Below are positions 45,393 to 54,174 of a stretch of 64,000 nucleotides of DNA, one piece after another; position 1 is the stretch's first letter, and each line of letters opens with the position of its first letter. The stretch is from Flavobacteriales bacterium (lineage in GTDB: Bacteria; Bacteroidota; Bacteroidia; Flavobacteriales_F; PHOS-HE28): the NCBI GenBank assembly GCA_016715995.1, contig JADJXF010000018.1:3850-67849 (forward strand). The letters are read 5' to 3'. The notes under the pieces were generated by a model. That model was not told the origin of the DNA. It was given only the letters and a program-made list of their open reading frames with translations, and searched no databases. Both the position numbers and the translations under genes were made by a program.

Positions 45393-46475
45393 ATGGACCA
45401 GCTCTCCCGTCTGCGCCTGCGCGCCAACCGCACCTTGCGCATCACGCTGGCTTGGGTATGCGTGAGCGTGCTGGGCGCCTTGTTCGAGCACGTCGCGCTG
45501 GTGGAGCAGGGCGTCCCCAGCAACCTGCGGCAGCATGTGGATGAACGGTCCTTGGTGGCGCTGCTGGGCGGGCTGCTGGGCGGCGGCACTTACATCTTCT
45601 TGCTGCGACCGCGGCTGAGGGGCCTCCCCTACCTGTCCGCCCTGTCCATCATGGCCGCGCTGATGGCACCGGTGCTCGTGCTCACCGGCGCATGGCTGCC
45701 CGCGCAGAACGACCCGATGGGTGGCGACGTGCTAGAGCGCCTCTTCAGCCTGCGCTGGCTCACGCACTACATCTTCTGGACGGCGCTGATGGGCGGCACC
45801 ATGCTCATGGTGCGCCTAAACGACCAGTACGGCAACGGCGGCATGGCCCACCTCGCCGGCCGCTACCACCAGCCCCGGCAGGAGCTGCGCATCTTCATGT
45901 TCCTCGACATGCGCTCCTCCACCAGCATCGCGGAGGAGCTCGGCCATGTGCGCTACTTCCAGTTGCTCAACGAGCTCTTCACCGACATCACCGATCCCAT
46001 CGTCTATTCGCGCGGCGAGATCTACCAGTACGTGGGCGACGAGATCAGCGTGAGCTGGCCCTTGCGTCGGGGTCTTGCCCGGCAGCGTTGCATCACGTGC
46101 TTCCTTGACATCCGCGCGAAGCTCAAGCGGCGCCGCGCGCACTATCAGGAACGCTACGGCATCGTGCCGGCCTTCAAGGCGGGCTTCCACTACGGCGAGG
46201 TGACGACCGGCGAGGTGGGGCTGGTGAAGAAGGAGCGCATCTTCAGCGGCGACGTGGTGAACACCGCCGCCCGGATCCAGGATACCTGCAACGCCTACGG
46301 CGTGGACAACCTGATGAGCAAGGACCTGCTGGACCTGCTGCTGCCGAAAGGGAAACTTCCGGTGCGCGAGATCGGCAGCATCGCGCTCAAGGGGAAGCGG
46401 TCGGCCATCAGCCTGTGGACGATCGAGCCGGAAGCGGCCAATGCTGAGGCGCTGAAGGAGAAGGCCGCTCAGTAG
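45393..46475 (+). CDS. Membrane-anchored class III adenylate/guanylate cyclase domain protein
   Basis: FLDMRSST, YQYVGDE, AGFHYG, FSGDVVNTAAR and 4 N-terminal TM. Confidence 0.88.
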   Translation: MDQLSRLRLRANRTLRITLAWVCVSVLGALFEHVALVEQGVPSNLRQHVDERSLVALLGGLLGGGTYIFLLRPRLRGLPYLSALSIMAALMAPVLVLTGAWLPAQNDPMGGDVLERLFSLRWLTHYIFWTALMGGTMLMVRLNDQYGNGGMAHLAGRYHQPRQELRIFMFLDMRSSTSIAEELGHVRYFQLLNELFTDITDPIVYSRGEIYQYVGDEISVSWPLRRGLARQRCITCFLDIRAKLKRRRAHYQERYGIVPAFKAGFHYGEVTTGEVGLVKKERIFSGDVVNTAARIQDTCNAYGVDNLMSKDLLDLLLPKGKLPVREIGSIALKGKRSAISLWTIEPEAANAEALKEKAAQ

Positions 46476-47563
46476 ACGTAGGTGCGGCGGCGCGTGGCCA
46501 CCACCCAATTGCCCAGCGGACTCGGATAGACCACGGCATCGCCGAAGAGGCCGAAGCGCGGGATGCTCGCCTCGCTGCCGAAGCGGAAACGGTCATCGCC
46601 AAGGAGGCCGTGCAATTCGCGGTTGATGTCCAGGTATGCGAGCAGGGCGCCCTGCACGTTCCACTGCTCGGGCACATAGTTCTCCACCATCGTCGTAGCG
46701 CCGCGCTGGAAGCGCATGAGCTTGCCGCGATCCAGGTAGAGCAGCAGGCTGTCCTTCACCCAATAGCCGCTCGGCGGCTCGTCAAGCACGCGGTGGACGC
46801 GCCCGCCCTCATAGCATTTCAGTCGGCCGTTGCCATCCACGAAGGCGAGTAGTCCCGCTCCCGCCTGCGCATCGGCCGGACGCAGGTCGGAGAGCAGCTG
46901 CTCCTCGCCTTGAGCAATCGCCTTGAACTGACGCGCATGGCCGTCCCAGAATCCGATGATGCCTCCGCCGGTGACCACCAGCCCGATGTCGGTGCTGTCA
47001 CACAGCACGCGCGTCGCGCCGCGATGGAACATCGAGAGCCGTCGGGTCTCCTTGTTGAAGAAGGCCACGCGGTCGCTTCCCATGCTCCATTGCGGGCGCT
47101 CGGTGCCTTGGTCCACCTGGGCCACGGGGTAGACCCGTGCGCGCCACAGCACCTGCAACTCGTGCGCGGTGCTGTCGTGCCAGACGAGCAGGCTGTCGCT
47201 CACGCCGAAGTCCGCCATATTCACCGCCACCACTTTCGCTCGGCCCTCGCGCAGCGTCTTCAAGGTGTCGGCGCTGAGCCACGCGATGCGCGACGGCGTG
47301 ACGCGCGGCTGCGATCCATTCCGATCGAGCAGGTGCAGACGCCGCCCTTCGGCAAGGAAAACTTTCAGCAGCCCTTCATGGTCGCGGTACACCAACTGCC
47401 CCTGCATGGCATGAATGAAGGCCGGCGGCCGGGGCTCCATCTTCTCGAATCGCCCATCGGTGAAGATCATGAACCGGTCCTCGGCCGTGGTGAAGGGCAC
47501 CGGCACCTGGGCGGGCGAACCCGCTGCACCTAGCAGCAATCCGATGACCAACAGGTACCTCAT
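46469..47563 (-). CDS. Exported beta-rich hypothetical protein
   Basis: Signal peptide MRYLLVIGLLLGAAGSPAQ, repeated DSLL(V/L) strands, ATGA overlap with the upstream cyclase stop. Confidence 0.7.
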   Translation of the reverse strand: MRYLLVIGLLLGAAGSPAQVPVPFTTAEDRFMIFTDGRFEKMEPRPPAFIHAMQGQLVYRDHEGLLKVFLAEGRRLHLLDRNGSQPRVTPSRIAWLSADTLKTLREGRAKVVAVNMADFGVSDSLLVWHDSTAHELQVLWRARVYPVAQVDQGTERPQWSMGSDRVAFFNKETRRLSMFHRGATRVLCDSTDIGLVVTGGGIIGFWDGHARQFKAIAQGEEQLLSDLRPADAQAGAGLLAFVDGNGRLKCYEGGRVHRVLDEPPSGYWVKDSLLLYLDRGKLMRFQRGATTMVENYVPEQWNVQGALLAYLDINRELHGLLGDDRFRFGSEASIPRFGLFGDAVVYPSPLGNWVVATRRRTYVY

Positions 47564-48603
47564 GGCTCCAAAGCGAAGCGCTCCAGCTCATGCACGCGCA
47601 CCTCGCGGCGCTTGCCCTTCACCGGCAACGTGTGCTGCGGACCGATGCGGAAGCGCTTGCCGGCATCGGGCATCCGCTCCAGCAGCTCGGCGGAGACGAG
47701 CAGGTCCACCTTCATCGTCTTGGCGAGGCCGAGCATGCGCGACACGCTGTTCATCACGTCGCCGCTCAGGTCCACCGTGCGCTTGATGTGGCCCACCTGC
47801 GCCGAGAGCACCCGCCCGCCGTGGAGCCCGGCGCGGAACTGCGGCATCAGGCCGTACTCGCGCTTCAGGTCGTTCTCATGCTCCGCGAAGCGCGCCATGA
47901 TGTCGAAGTAGAGGTCCAGGCAGTTGAGCTGGCGCGTGCCGATGCGCATGGGCCAGGTGAAGATCACCTCGTCGCCCACGTATTTGTGGATGTCGGCCTC
48001 GTTGCGCAGCACGGCATCGGTCATGAGCGAATACACGTGATTGAGGAAGCGGTAATAGCGCAGGTCGCCGAGCCGCTCGCTGATCTCGGTGCTGGCCACG
48101 AGGTCCATGGTGAGCACCACGCGCTCCTCGCGCTTGGGCCGCTCGTAGCGACCGAGCAGGAAGCCCATGAAGGTGCGGCGCCCCATCCATTCCTCCACCT
48201 GCACCACCAGGATGGCGATGGAGGTGACCACCACCACGCGCAGCGCCAGCCGGTAGAACTGTGCCATGCCGAAGATCTCGTGCATGCGGTACGGCGTATC
48301 GCTGGCCATCATCGTGAAGCGGTCCGAATCCCACAGCCAGGCCAGGCCGATGAGCAGCACGGTGAAGAGGTTCACCAGCAGCGCCTTGCCCAGGAACTGC
48401 AAGGGGATGGCCAGCGCGCGGAAGCGCCTGCCGAAGAAGTACTCCTCCAGCACGCCCGTCCACAGGCCCAGCAGCATCCATGAGCCCAGCACGGCCATGG
48501 GCATCACCACGCCGCTGAAGAGCGTGAGCACCCATGCCACGAATGCGGCCACCAGCGCGTACTTGACGAGCTTGCGGAGCTTGTAGCGGGTGATGGCGTT
48601 CAA
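47560..48603 (-). CDS. Membrane-anchored class III adenylate cyclase domain protein
   Basis: MDLVAST, HKYVGDE, RAGLHGG, DLSGDVMNSVSR and 4 TM. TTG start. Confidence 0.88.
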   Translation of the reverse strand: MNAITRYKLRKLVKYALVAAFVAWVLTLFSGVVMPMAVLGSWMLLGLWTGVLEEYFFGRRFRALAIPLQFLGKALLVNLFTVLLIGLAWLWDSDRFTMMASDTPYRMHEIFGMAQFYRLALRVVVVTSIAILVVQVEEWMGRRTFMGFLLGRYERPKREERVVLTMDLVASTEISERLGDLRYYRFLNHVYSLMTDAVLRNEADIHKYVGDEVIFTWPMRIGTRQLNCLDLYFDIMARFAEHENDLKREYGLMPQFRAGLHGGRVLSAQVGHIKRTVDLSGDVMNSVSRMLGLAKTMKVDLLVSAELLERMPDAGKRFRIGPQHTLPVKGKRREVRVHELERFALEP

Positions 48604-48623
48604 ACGACGAGTGGATGGGGCCG

Positions 48624-48631
48624 CGAAAGTA
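48624..48631 (-). promoter_or_regulatory. Bacteroidota -7 promoter-like element (TACTTTCG)
   Basis: Located 20 nt upstream of the cyclase start at 48603. Confidence 0.45.
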
Positions 48632-48658
48632 GGCCGGGCATAAGGGCATCTTTACCGC

Positions 48659-49312
48659 ATGGCACATCGGCCGTTGGCGAAGTGGTTGAGTTGGGCCTGG
48701 CCCATGCGCATCGCACGGCACCAAGGGCGCAGCGGGCCATTGGAGGTGCGCTACGAGGCTGGGCGTCTCGTCCTCAACAGCGCGCAGGGCAACCAGAGCT
48801 TCGGCAGCTTGCACCGGGTATGGCAGCAGGTCCTCCATCGTTTGGAGCTGCAAGCTGCGCCACCGCGCAGTGTGCTGCTGCTCGGGCTCGGCGGAGGCAG
48901 CGTCCCACGCATCCTCCGTGACGAGCTGCACATCGGCGCACCGATCACCGCCGTGGAACTGGACCCCGTGATGATTGAGATCGGTCGGCGGTATTTCGGA
49001 TTGGGCTGTTACGCGGATCTCCGGATCATCGAAGGCGATGCCACCGTGCAGGCGCATGCCTTGCGCGAGCGCTTCGACCTGGTGCTCGTGGACCTCTTCG
49101 ATGACCTCGACCTGGCGCGCGGCACCGACACCCTGGGTTTCGCGCATGCCCTGCGCGACCGCTGCGCGGGAACGCTGTGCTTCAACACGGTGGCCTACGA
49201 TTCCGGCAGCAGCGGGCGATGCGATCGGGTGAAGGAGAATCTGTCGCGCGTCTTCGGCTCAGTGGACGAATGGCGCTTCGAGGACGTCAACAGGGTGTTC
49301 ATCGCCCGATGA
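48659..49312 (+). CDS. Spermidine-synthase-like class I SAM-dependent methyltransferase
   Basis: VLLLGLGGGSV, AVELDPVMI, IEGDA and FDLVLVDLF. Confidence 0.8.
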   Translation: MAHRPLAKWLSWAWPMRIARHQGRSGPLEVRYEAGRLVLNSAQGNQSFGSLHRVWQQVLHRLELQAAPPRSVLLLGLGGGSVPRILRDELHIGAPITAVELDPVMIEIGRRYFGLGCYADLRIIEGDATVQAHALRERFDLVLVDLFDDLDLARGTDTLGFAHALRDRCAGTLCFNTVAYDSGSSGRCDRVKENLSRVFGSVDEWRFEDVNRVFIAR

Positions 49313-49377
49313 CGCGTGCTTGCCGACGCCTACCGTCCTTCCCTCCCGTGGTCCGACCTTTGTGTCGCATTAAGTTC

Positions 49378-52300
49378 ATGAACCACCGGACCATCAGCAG
49401 GATAAGCAGGCTCTTCGGAGCCGTGGCCTGCGCCTGCGCGTCGGTGGCTGGTTGGGCGCAGCCGGTGTGTTCAATCCAGATCGACAACGACACCACCATC
49501 TGCCAGGGCGAGACGGTGACCCTGCATGGCCCCCCCAGCTACACGAACTACCTGTGGAGCACGGGTGAGATGACGCAGGACATCACAGTGGGCAGCACTG
49601 GGGCGTATTGGTGCGAGGTCTCCTACCCCACGGGGAACATGGTCACCAACGGCACCTTCAGCGCGGGGAACAACGGCTTCACCAGCATGTTCACCTACCA
49701 GCTACCGCTGACCAACGATGGTAACTACTGGATCGGGAACAGCGCCTTCCCCTTCCACAACCAATGGATCGGCACCGGCAACGGTCCCTTCCTCCTGGTG
49801 AACGCCGGCTGGATGCACAGCGGCTGGCGCTTCTGGTGCCAGACGCTACCGGTGTGCCCCGGCCAGACCTACGACATCCAGTTCCGCGCGGTATCGCTCG
49901 CCGCGCAGGGCAATCCCACGTTGGCGGTCTTCGTGAACAACGTATGGACCGGCGTGGACCACATCACTTCACCGGTGCAAGGCCAATGGCAGGTCTTCAA
50001 CACCACCTACACCGCGCCGCCGGGCGTCACCAGCGCCGACTTCTGCGTGCAGGTCTCCTCCGGTCACGGCGTGGGCAACGACATCGGTTTCGATGACGTG
50101 GAGATCAGCTCCACCGTGGTGCTGCGCGATACGGCCGTGGTGACGGTGACACCGTTGCCGAGCTTCGACCTGGGCCCGAATGCCACGCTCTGCGATGGGC
50201 AGAGCCTCCTGCTCGACGTGAGCGTGCCCGGCGGCACCTACCTCTGGCAGGACGGCAGCACCGCCGACAGCTACACGGTGACTGGGCCCGGCAACTACAA
50301 CGTGACAGTGACCGCGAACAATTGCTCGGCCTCGGACGCCATGAACATCTCCTACAATCCGTTGCCGCCGCTGGACCTCGGCCCCGACCGCTCGCTGTGC
50401 GATGGCGAAACAGCGATCCTCGATGCCACGCTCGCGGGCGCCACTTACCTATGGCAGGATGGCAGCAACGGACCCACCTTCACGGTGAGCGGTCCGGGCA
50501 CGTATTCGGTCGGCGTGCAGTTGAATGGCTGCTCCAGCACCGACGCGGTGAACGTGACCTACAATCCGCTGCCTGTTGTCAACCTCGGGCCGGACCTGAG
50601 CTTCTGCGCCGGGCAACAGGCCACCCTCGATGCCAGCATGCCAGGCGCCACCTACCTCTGGAGTGATGGTTCCACGAACCCGACGCTCACGGTGAGCAAC
50701 GCGGGCACGTATTCGGTGGACGTGACCGTGGGCGGTTGCACGAGCAGCGATGCGGCGGACGTGAGCGTGATTCCCTTGCCCGTGGTGGACATCGGACCCG
50801 ACCAGATGATCTGCCCCGGAGCATTCATCGGACTGGATGCAGCCACCCCGGGCGCGACCTACTTATGGAGCGATGGTTCGACAGGTGCCACGCTGGTGGC
50901 GAGCGCGGCGGGCAACTACTCCGTGCAGGTGACGGTGAACGGCTGTGCCGCGAGCGATGCGATGACGTTGTCCCATCACGCGCTGCCCGTCTTCGATCTG
51001 GGGCTTGACCAGACCATCTGCGCCGGGGGCAGCGCCACGTTCAGTGCGAATGTGGCGGGCGCGAGCTACCTCTGGAGCACGGGTACTTCGGCGAACAGCA
51101 TTCAAGCTAGCACGGCAGGATCCTATTGGCTCGATTTGACCACGAACGGCTGCACAGTGCGCGACTCGGTGCAATTATTCGTGACGCCGCTGCCTGTCGT
51201 TTCGCTCGGCAACGACTACTCTCTCTGCCCGGGACTCACCACAACGCTCGATGCGACCGCGGCGGGCGGCAGCTACCTCTGGAGCACAGGGGCGATGACT
51301 CCTTCGATTATCGTTGGCCCCGGCAACTACGCCGTGGAGGTGACAGTGAATGGCTGTTCCTCATTGGATGCGATCGTCGTCGGTGCCTTCCCAGCCGCGC
51401 AAGTGGATCTCGGCGGCGATGTGACCCTTTGTCCTGGCGACGTGTTCATGTTGAGCGCGGCGCAGGCTGGCGCGAGCTACCTCTGGCACGATGGCAGCAC
51501 AGGTCCGACCTACCTGATACAAACCGGCGGCGCGATCAGCGTGCAGCTCACCGACGCGAATGGCTGCGTGGCCACGGACGCCATCACCGCAACCTATGCC
51601 GCGCCCGCGCCGATTGACCTTGGGCCCGATGAAACCATCTGCATGGGCGATGCGGTCATCCTTGATGCGACCGTTCCGGGTGCGAGCTATTTGTGGAGCA
51701 CCGGCGCGCAGAGCCCTACAATCACCGTCAGCACAGCAGGCAATTACAGCGTGGTGGTCACGCAAGGATCCTGCACGGTGAGCGATGCGATCACCGTCAC
51801 CACCATCGCAGCGCCTGCCTTCGACCTCGGTCCGGACCAGACCCTCTGCACCGGCGATGCGATCACGCTGGATGCCACGGTCGCAGGCGGGAGCTATCAG
51901 TGGAGCACCGGCGAACAAACGCCGACCATCACCGTGAACCAAGGCGGCGCTTATGCCGTGACCGTGACCAACGCCGCTGGTTGCAGCGCCGCTGATGCAG
52001 TGAGTATCATCGAAGCCACGCCCGATGCGATCGATCTCGGCGCCGACCTCAGCTTGTGCCAGGGACAGAGCGCAGTGCTCGATGCGACGCTGCCGGGCGC
52101 TGCGTACTTGTGGAGCACGGGCGCAATCGCTCCAACATTGACGGTGAGCACACCCGGCACTTACTGGGTCACTGCGACGCAGGGAAATTGCACCGTGAGC
52201 GATACCGTAATCATTGCCGTGCAGCCGGTGCCCATGGTGAATCTCGGCAACGACCAAACTTTCTGCGACGGAACGTCCGCAACGCTTGATGCAACCTATC

Positions 52301-54174
52301 CGGGCGCCGCTTACAGTTGGAGCACCGGTGCGACATCACCGGCGATCACGGTGAGTGCTTCGGGCAACTACAGCGTCACCGTCGATCTGAACGGATGCAC
52401 CGCCACCGACGCGGTCGGCATCACCGTCGTTACGCCGGCCACCTTCGACCTGGGTCCGGATCTGCAGCTGTGCAGTGGCGATCAAGTCGTCTTCGCATTG
52501 GGCGTCACCGGTGCCGATATCCTCTGGAGCACGGGATCGACTACCAGCACCATCACCGTTGCGAATACCACGACGGTCTGGGTGCAGGTTACGCAAGGGC
52601 CATGCGTCACGAGCGATACCGTGCAGGTCTTCGTGCTGAATCCTGGCGCCATCGACCTGGGCCCGGACATCACGGGGTGCGCGGGCGACCCGGTGGTGCT
52701 GGATGCCACCCTGCCCGGTGCGACCTACCTCTGGAGCAACGGTGCGACATCGGCGCAACTGAACGTCACCGCGAGCGGCACGTACAGCGTAATCGCCACG
52801 GTGGCGCAATGCACGGCTTCTGATCAAGTGGAGGTGACCATCAACCCATTGCCCGTGGTGGAGATCGGCGGCGACCAATCCATCTGCCCAGGCTTCGCCG
52901 CGAGCTTCAACGCCACAACGCCCGGCGCCAGCTACCTCTGGCAGGATGGCTCCACGGCACCCACCTACACCACCGCCGCGCAGGAACCGGTGAGCGTGAC
53001 GGTGACGGTGAATGGATGCAGCGTTACGGATCAGGCGCAGGTGACCGTGCTCCCCTTGCCCATCGTCCATCTGGGCAACGACACCACGATCTGCGAAGGC
53101 GCATCGCTCCTCTTGGATGCGCAATTGGCGGGCGCCACCTACCAGTGGAGCGATGGCAGCTCGGGGCCGAACCTGCTCGTGACGGATGCTGGCACCTACC
53201 AAGTGCTTGTGGACCTGAACGGCTGCACCGCGACGGATGCGATCAACGTGGCGGTGTTCTCGCCAGCGGCGCTGGACCTTGGCCCGAACCAATTGCACTG
53301 CCCCGGCGAAGTGGTGACGCTCGCCACCGGTGTCATCGGGTCGCACCTCTGGAGCACGGGCGCCACCAGCAACGCAATCAGTCTCTCGACGCCCGGCAGC
53401 TATTGGGTGCAGGTGCAGGTGGCCGCGTGCATGGTGAGCGACACGGTGGTGATCGACTACGTGCCGCTCGTCACACCCGACCTCGGCGGCAGCCGTGTCC
53501 TCTGCGCCGGTGATACCGCGTGGCTCGCTGTGGATGCTGGCGCTGCGAGCATTCTGTGGAGCACGGGGGGCAACGCGGATTCCATCGCCGTGGCAACGAC
53601 CGGTGATTACGGGGTAACGCTATCGCTCCTCGGCTGCACAACGACCGACGCAATACAGGTACGTGTGCTCGAGTGGGTGGATTCAATCTCGCTCGGCACC
53701 GACAGCACCTACTGCCCCGATGCGCCATTGGTCCTCGATGTCACCACACCTGGCGCGAGCTACCTATGGAGCACCGGGGCCACATCGTCCAGCATCACGG
53801 TGCAGCAAGAAGGCGTGTACACTGTCCAGCTCTCCGGTCCATGCATCGATGCAGCCGCCGCGATGACGGTGACGGAAGGCGTGTGCGATCCGATGATCCA
53901 CGTGCCGAATGCATTCACGCCGAACGGCGATGGGATCAACGATGTGTTCGGCGTGTCGTTCTACGGCCCGCATCGCGACTACGCGCTGGACATCTTCGAT
54001 CGCTGGGGCGAGCGCATCGTATCGTACGATGATCCCATGATGACCTGGGACGGAACTGTGGGCGGATCGCCTGTGCCTGATGGCGTATATGTGTGGAAGA
54101 TCCGCTACCGAGCCAGCACTGATCAAGGTGCAAGGGCACGCGAGCTGATCGGCCACGTGACCGTGCTGCGCTGA
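49378..54174 (+). CDS. Gliding-motility-associated C-terminal (CHU_C, T9SS type B) repeat surface protein
   Basis: 18 tandem ~68-aa units (DLGPDxxLCxG...YLWSxG...GxYxVxV), an N-terminal CBM-like module and CTD HVPNAFTPNGDGINDVF...IFDRWG...GHVTVLR. Confidence 0.93.
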   Translation: MNHRTISRISRLFGAVACACASVAGWAQPVCSIQIDNDTTICQGETVTLHGPPSYTNYLWSTGEMTQDITVGSTGAYWCEVSYPTGNMVTNGTFSAGNNGFTSMFTYQLPLTNDGNYWIGNSAFPFHNQWIGTGNGPFLLVNAGWMHSGWRFWCQTLPVCPGQTYDIQFRAVSLAAQGNPTLAVFVNNVWTGVDHITSPVQGQWQVFNTTYTAPPGVTSADFCVQVSSGHGVGNDIGFDDVEISSTVVLRDTAVVTVTPLPSFDLGPNATLCDGQSLLLDVSVPGGTYLWQDGSTADSYTVTGPGNYNVTVTANNCSASDAMNISYNPLPPLDLGPDRSLCDGETAILDATLAGATYLWQDGSNGPTFTVSGPGTYSVGVQLNGCSSTDAVNVTYNPLPVVNLGPDLSFCAGQQATLDASMPGATYLWSDGSTNPTLTVSNAGTYSVDVTVGGCTSSDAADVSVIPLPVVDIGPDQMICPGAFIGLDAATPGATYLWSDGSTGATLVASAAGNYSVQVTVNGCAASDAMTLSHHALPVFDLGLDQTICAGGSATFSANVAGASYLWSTGTSANSIQASTAGSYWLDLTTNGCTVRDSVQLFVTPLPVVSLGNDYSLCPGLTTTLDATAAGGSYLWSTGAMTPSIIVGPGNYAVEVTVNGCSSLDAIVVGAFPAAQVDLGGDVTLCPGDVFMLSAAQAGASYLWHDGSTGPTYLIQTGGAISVQLTDANGCVATDAITATYAAPAPIDLGPDETICMGDAVILDATVPGASYLWSTGAQSPTITVSTAGNYSVVVTQGSCTVSDAITVTTIAAPAFDLGPDQTLCTGDAITLDATVAGGSYQWSTGEQTPTITVNQGGAYAVTVTNAAGCSAADAVSIIEATPDAIDLGADLSLCQGQSAVLDATLPGAAYLWSTGAIAPTLTVSTPGTYWVTATQGNCTVSDTVIIAVQPVPMVNLGNDQTFCDGTSATLDATYPGAAYSWSTGATSPAITVSASGNYSVTVDLNGCTATDAVGITVVTPATFDLGPDLQLCSGDQVVFALGVTGADILWSTGSTTSTITVANTTTVWVQVTQGPCVTSDTVQVFVLNPGAIDLGPDITGCAGDPVVLDATLPGATYLWSNGATSAQLNVTASGTYSVIATVAQCTASDQVEVTINPLPVVEIGGDQSICPGFAASFNATTPGASYLWQDGSTAPTYTTAAQEPVSVTVTVNGCSVTDQAQVTVLPLPIVHLGNDTTICEGASLLLDAQLAGATYQWSDGSSGPNLLVTDAGTYQVLVDLNGCTATDAINVAVFSPAALDLGPNQLHCPGEVVTLATGVIGSHLWSTGATSNAISLSTPGSYWVQVQVAACMVSDTVVIDYVPLVTPDLGGSRVLCAGDTAWLAVDAGAASILWSTGGNADSIAVATTGDYGVTLSLLGCTTTDAIQVRVLEWVDSISLGTDSTYCPDAPLVLDVTTPGASYLWSTGATSSSITVQQEGVYTVQLSGPCIDAAAAMTVTEGVCDPMIHVPNAFTPNGDGINDVFGVSFYGPHRDYALDIFDRWGERIVSYDDPMMTWDGTVGGSPVPDGVYVWKIRYRASTDQGARARELIGHVTVLR

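Noticed and set aside
45393-48603. Pycsar/CBASS anti-phage system
   Set aside because: The cyclases are membrane-anchored, have host-like GC, sit in a housekeeping context and have no adjacent cNMP-binding effector.
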